Assembly: GCA_963786955.1 (NCBI GenBank)
Contig: CAWBAT010000007.1
Location: 169,346-233,345 of the forward strand
DNA from: an uncultured Acidimicrobiia bacterium
Lineage (GTDB): Bacteria; Acidobacteriota; Terriglobia; Versatilivoradales; Versatilivoraceae
Reading direction: 5' to 3'
Length of the DNA: 64,000 nt
The position numbers and the translations under genes were made by a program. How positions within the stretch are numbered: the stretch's first letter is position 1; each line of letters begins with the position of its first letter. The notes under the pieces were generated by a model. The model was not told the origin of the DNA. It ran no database searches and saw only the letters and a program-made list of their open reading frames with translations. Of this stretch, positions 62,294-64,000 are shown piece by piece.

Positions 62294-62377
62294 CAGCGGA
62301 TCAGCTACAGACCACCTGCTCGGACAACGAGGTGGTGACCCAAGCCTTAGCCACCTCCAGGTGGTATAGTTCGAATC

Positions 62378-62626
62378 ATGAGCACCGTAGAGGAAATCGA
62401 GGCGGCAATTCGCTTGCTTTCGTCCGACGATCGAAGAAAGTTGTTGGAAGATCTGCCAGCACTGCTCCCGGAATTAAACGGTGACGCAATTTGGGAAAAC
62501 ATCATTCAAGACCCTCGTCCTCGGCCGTCATTTACTGCATTTTTAAACCAAATCGAATCTGAGCACCGTCGTAATCCCGAGGTTTTTCCTGAAATCCAAG
62601 AAACCGATTTCGAGCGGCGTTCGTGA
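62378..62626 (+). CDS. Putative antitoxin
   Basis: MSTVEEIEAAIRLLS...; GTGA overlap with a toxin remnant; TG-extended TATAGT -10 ending 7 nt upstream. Confidence 0.7.
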   Translation: MSTVEEIEAAIRLLSSDDRRKLLEDLPALLPELNGDAIWENIIQDPRPRPSFTAFLNQIESEHRRNPEVFPEIQETDFERRS

Positions 62627-62887
62627 TATCGAGAGCGACACCGTATTTCTGGAGCTGTATGGTCGATTGCCTGCTCCCATAAAAAAGCGGCCCGTCAGGC
62701 CTATCAAAAGTTTCGACGAGACCCAAGAAACCCCAGCTTGCATCTGGAACGATTGCACTTTGAACGGCGGGCCTGGTCGGTGCGTGTGACACTGAACTAT
62801 CGCGCCGTTGCCCTCCTAGAGGACGAGTTATGGGTTTGGGTCTGGATTGGCAACCATCAGGAATTTGACCGATGTTTTCCACGTTAA
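62623..62887 (+). pseudogene. RelE/ParE/HigB-like toxin with two frameshifts
   Basis: Reconstruction: MISRATPYFW/LYGRLPAPIK/AARQAYQKFRRDPRNPSLHLERL..WSVRVTLNYRAV..WVWIGNHQEFDR. Confidence 0.8.
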
Positions 62888-62942
62888 ATTCGTCCTTACA
62901 AACCAACGAACGCTGCACGCCTCCCTCATTACTCATCACAAT

Positions 62943-62990
62943 TCACCTTTTCTCGTATTGCAACGCCGCCATCGGCTCGACCCTGGTTGC
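62943..62990 (-). pseudogene. Second orphan C-terminal stub of an ADOP permease
   Basis: ATRVEPMAALQYEKR*. Confidence 0.7.
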
Positions 62991-63149
62991 CTGCAGTCCT
63001 ACCGTTTGTTGCCATGGCTTCTTCCGAGCATGCCAGTCTCCCTTGAGAGCAATCTTGGTTTTCCTTGCCAACTTCACACCAGCTTTGTATTCTACCCAGG
63101 AGAGTGTCGCTGGCCTCAACACCTAGAGAGATTCCTGATCTGATCGAAC

Positions 63150-63470
63150 ATGCACATTCAAGAAGTCCTTGACGAAATAGTCTCGCGTATCGTAAAGCGA
63201 TTTCATCCTGAGAGAATTATCCTTTTTGGATCCCATGCTCGGGGGACTGCCCAAACAGACAGTGATGTAGACTTGCTCATTGTCATGCCTGTTCCAGATA
63301 CTCGGCGAAAGTTGGCCACAGAGATCGATCTTTCTCTGGTTGGAATCGATATCCCAACGGATGTGATTGTGGTCACTCCCGAGGAGGTTCAACGCAACAA
63401 AGATCGAATCGGAACGATCATCCGACCGGCGATGCACGAGGGTAGAGTGCTTTATGAAAGAGCCGCCTGA
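63150..63470 (+). CDS. Minimal nucleotidyltransferase (MNT)
   Basis: LFGSHARG...DSDVDLL. Confidence 0.92.
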   Translation: MHIQEVLDEIVSRIVKRFHPERIILFGSHARGTAQTDSDVDLLIVMPVPDTRRKLATEIDLSLVGIDIPTDVIVVTPEEVQRNKDRIGTIIRPAMHEGRVLYERAA

Positions 63471-63822
63471 GAATTCATCCATTATTCGTCAGTGGGTAGA
63501 GAAAGCCGAACATGATCTCAAAAATGCTGAACATACCCTAACCTTACAAGAGGATTGCCCTCTCGATACCGTGTGCTTCCATGCCCAACAATGCGCCGAG
63601 AAGTACGTGAAAGCCCTGCTCCTGTCGCATTCATTCGATTTCCCCAAGACTGATGATCTCCGTGTTTTGGTCCAGCTTGTTTTGTCTGGAATGTCACTCG
63701 ACCTTGATATGGCTGATCTGGTGAAGCTGAACCGGTATAGCATTGAATCGAGGTATCCCGGTGACTGGGACCCGATTACCCGGTGCGATGCCGAAGAGGC
63801 AGTCGCCATCGCTCAGAGATAG
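63454..63822 (+). CDS. HEPN domain protein (possibly C-terminally frameshifted)
   Basis: FHAQQCAEKYVKA, PKTDDL, SRYP; overlaps the MNT stop. Confidence 0.85.
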   Translation: MKEPPENSSIIRQWVEKAEHDLKNAEHTLTLQEDCPLDTVCFHAQQCAEKYVKALLLSHSFDFPKTDDLRVLVQLVLSGMSLDLDMADLVKLNRYSIESRYPGDWDPITRCDAEEAVAIAQR

Positions 63823-63964
63823 TTTGCCAGATAATTAGAAAGTGCTTGCATCTTTAGGAATTTAAATTCCGTTACCAGTGATGCCAGGGAAACCATGTAG
63901 TGCCTTTGTTTTGATTTCGGACCCAATCGCTTTCCCCGGCTCGCCACTCGCCACTAACCACGAG

Positions 63965-64000
63965 TCACTCATAACGCAATGCTTCCATCGGATCGACCTT
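63965..64000 (-). CDS. 3' end of another ADOP permease (continues beyond the window)
   Basis: [11 protein letters not shown]. Confidence 0.8.
   Translation of the reverse strand, partial: KVDPMEALRYE

Noticed and set aside
63000-63025. Possible ADOP head stub (ML.KKPG with frameshifts) beside the 62943 tail stub
   Set aside because: Needs two indels in about 20 bp; too weak to call

Overview
Bacterial chromosomal window, probably Acidobacteriota. This is inferred from a GWxTD-domain protein, ADOP-type (TIGR03434-like) duplicated ABC permeases and many Tat-signal enzymes. Core and metabolic genes: partial ymdB-like gene, ffh, leuCD, tRNA-Phe(GAA), nadA, archease-rtcB, a full MoxR/DUF58/BatA-E operon, an RND pump, GH38 and GH-A glycosidases, and an NtrC-type regulator with a frameshifted kinase. 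The most striking structure is at 57.7-64 kb. Four different toxin-antitoxin pairs, all on the + strand, alternate with one intact ADOP permease and with short orphan head or tail stubs of other ADOP paralogues, all on the - strand. Degenerate 7-nt repeat tracts mark the junctions, so the region reads like a cassette array. Other notable items: (1) an RPPP-ending membrane-targeted leader ORF ahead of a B12-radical SAM/DegT/DedA operon that is bounded by a 64-bp direct repeat; (2) a 214-bp MITE with perfect 16-bp terminal inverted repeats (TIRs) and a TAA duplication; (3) several orphan gene termini; (4) many REP-like palindromes. All family calls come from motif recognition by eye; no database searches were run.
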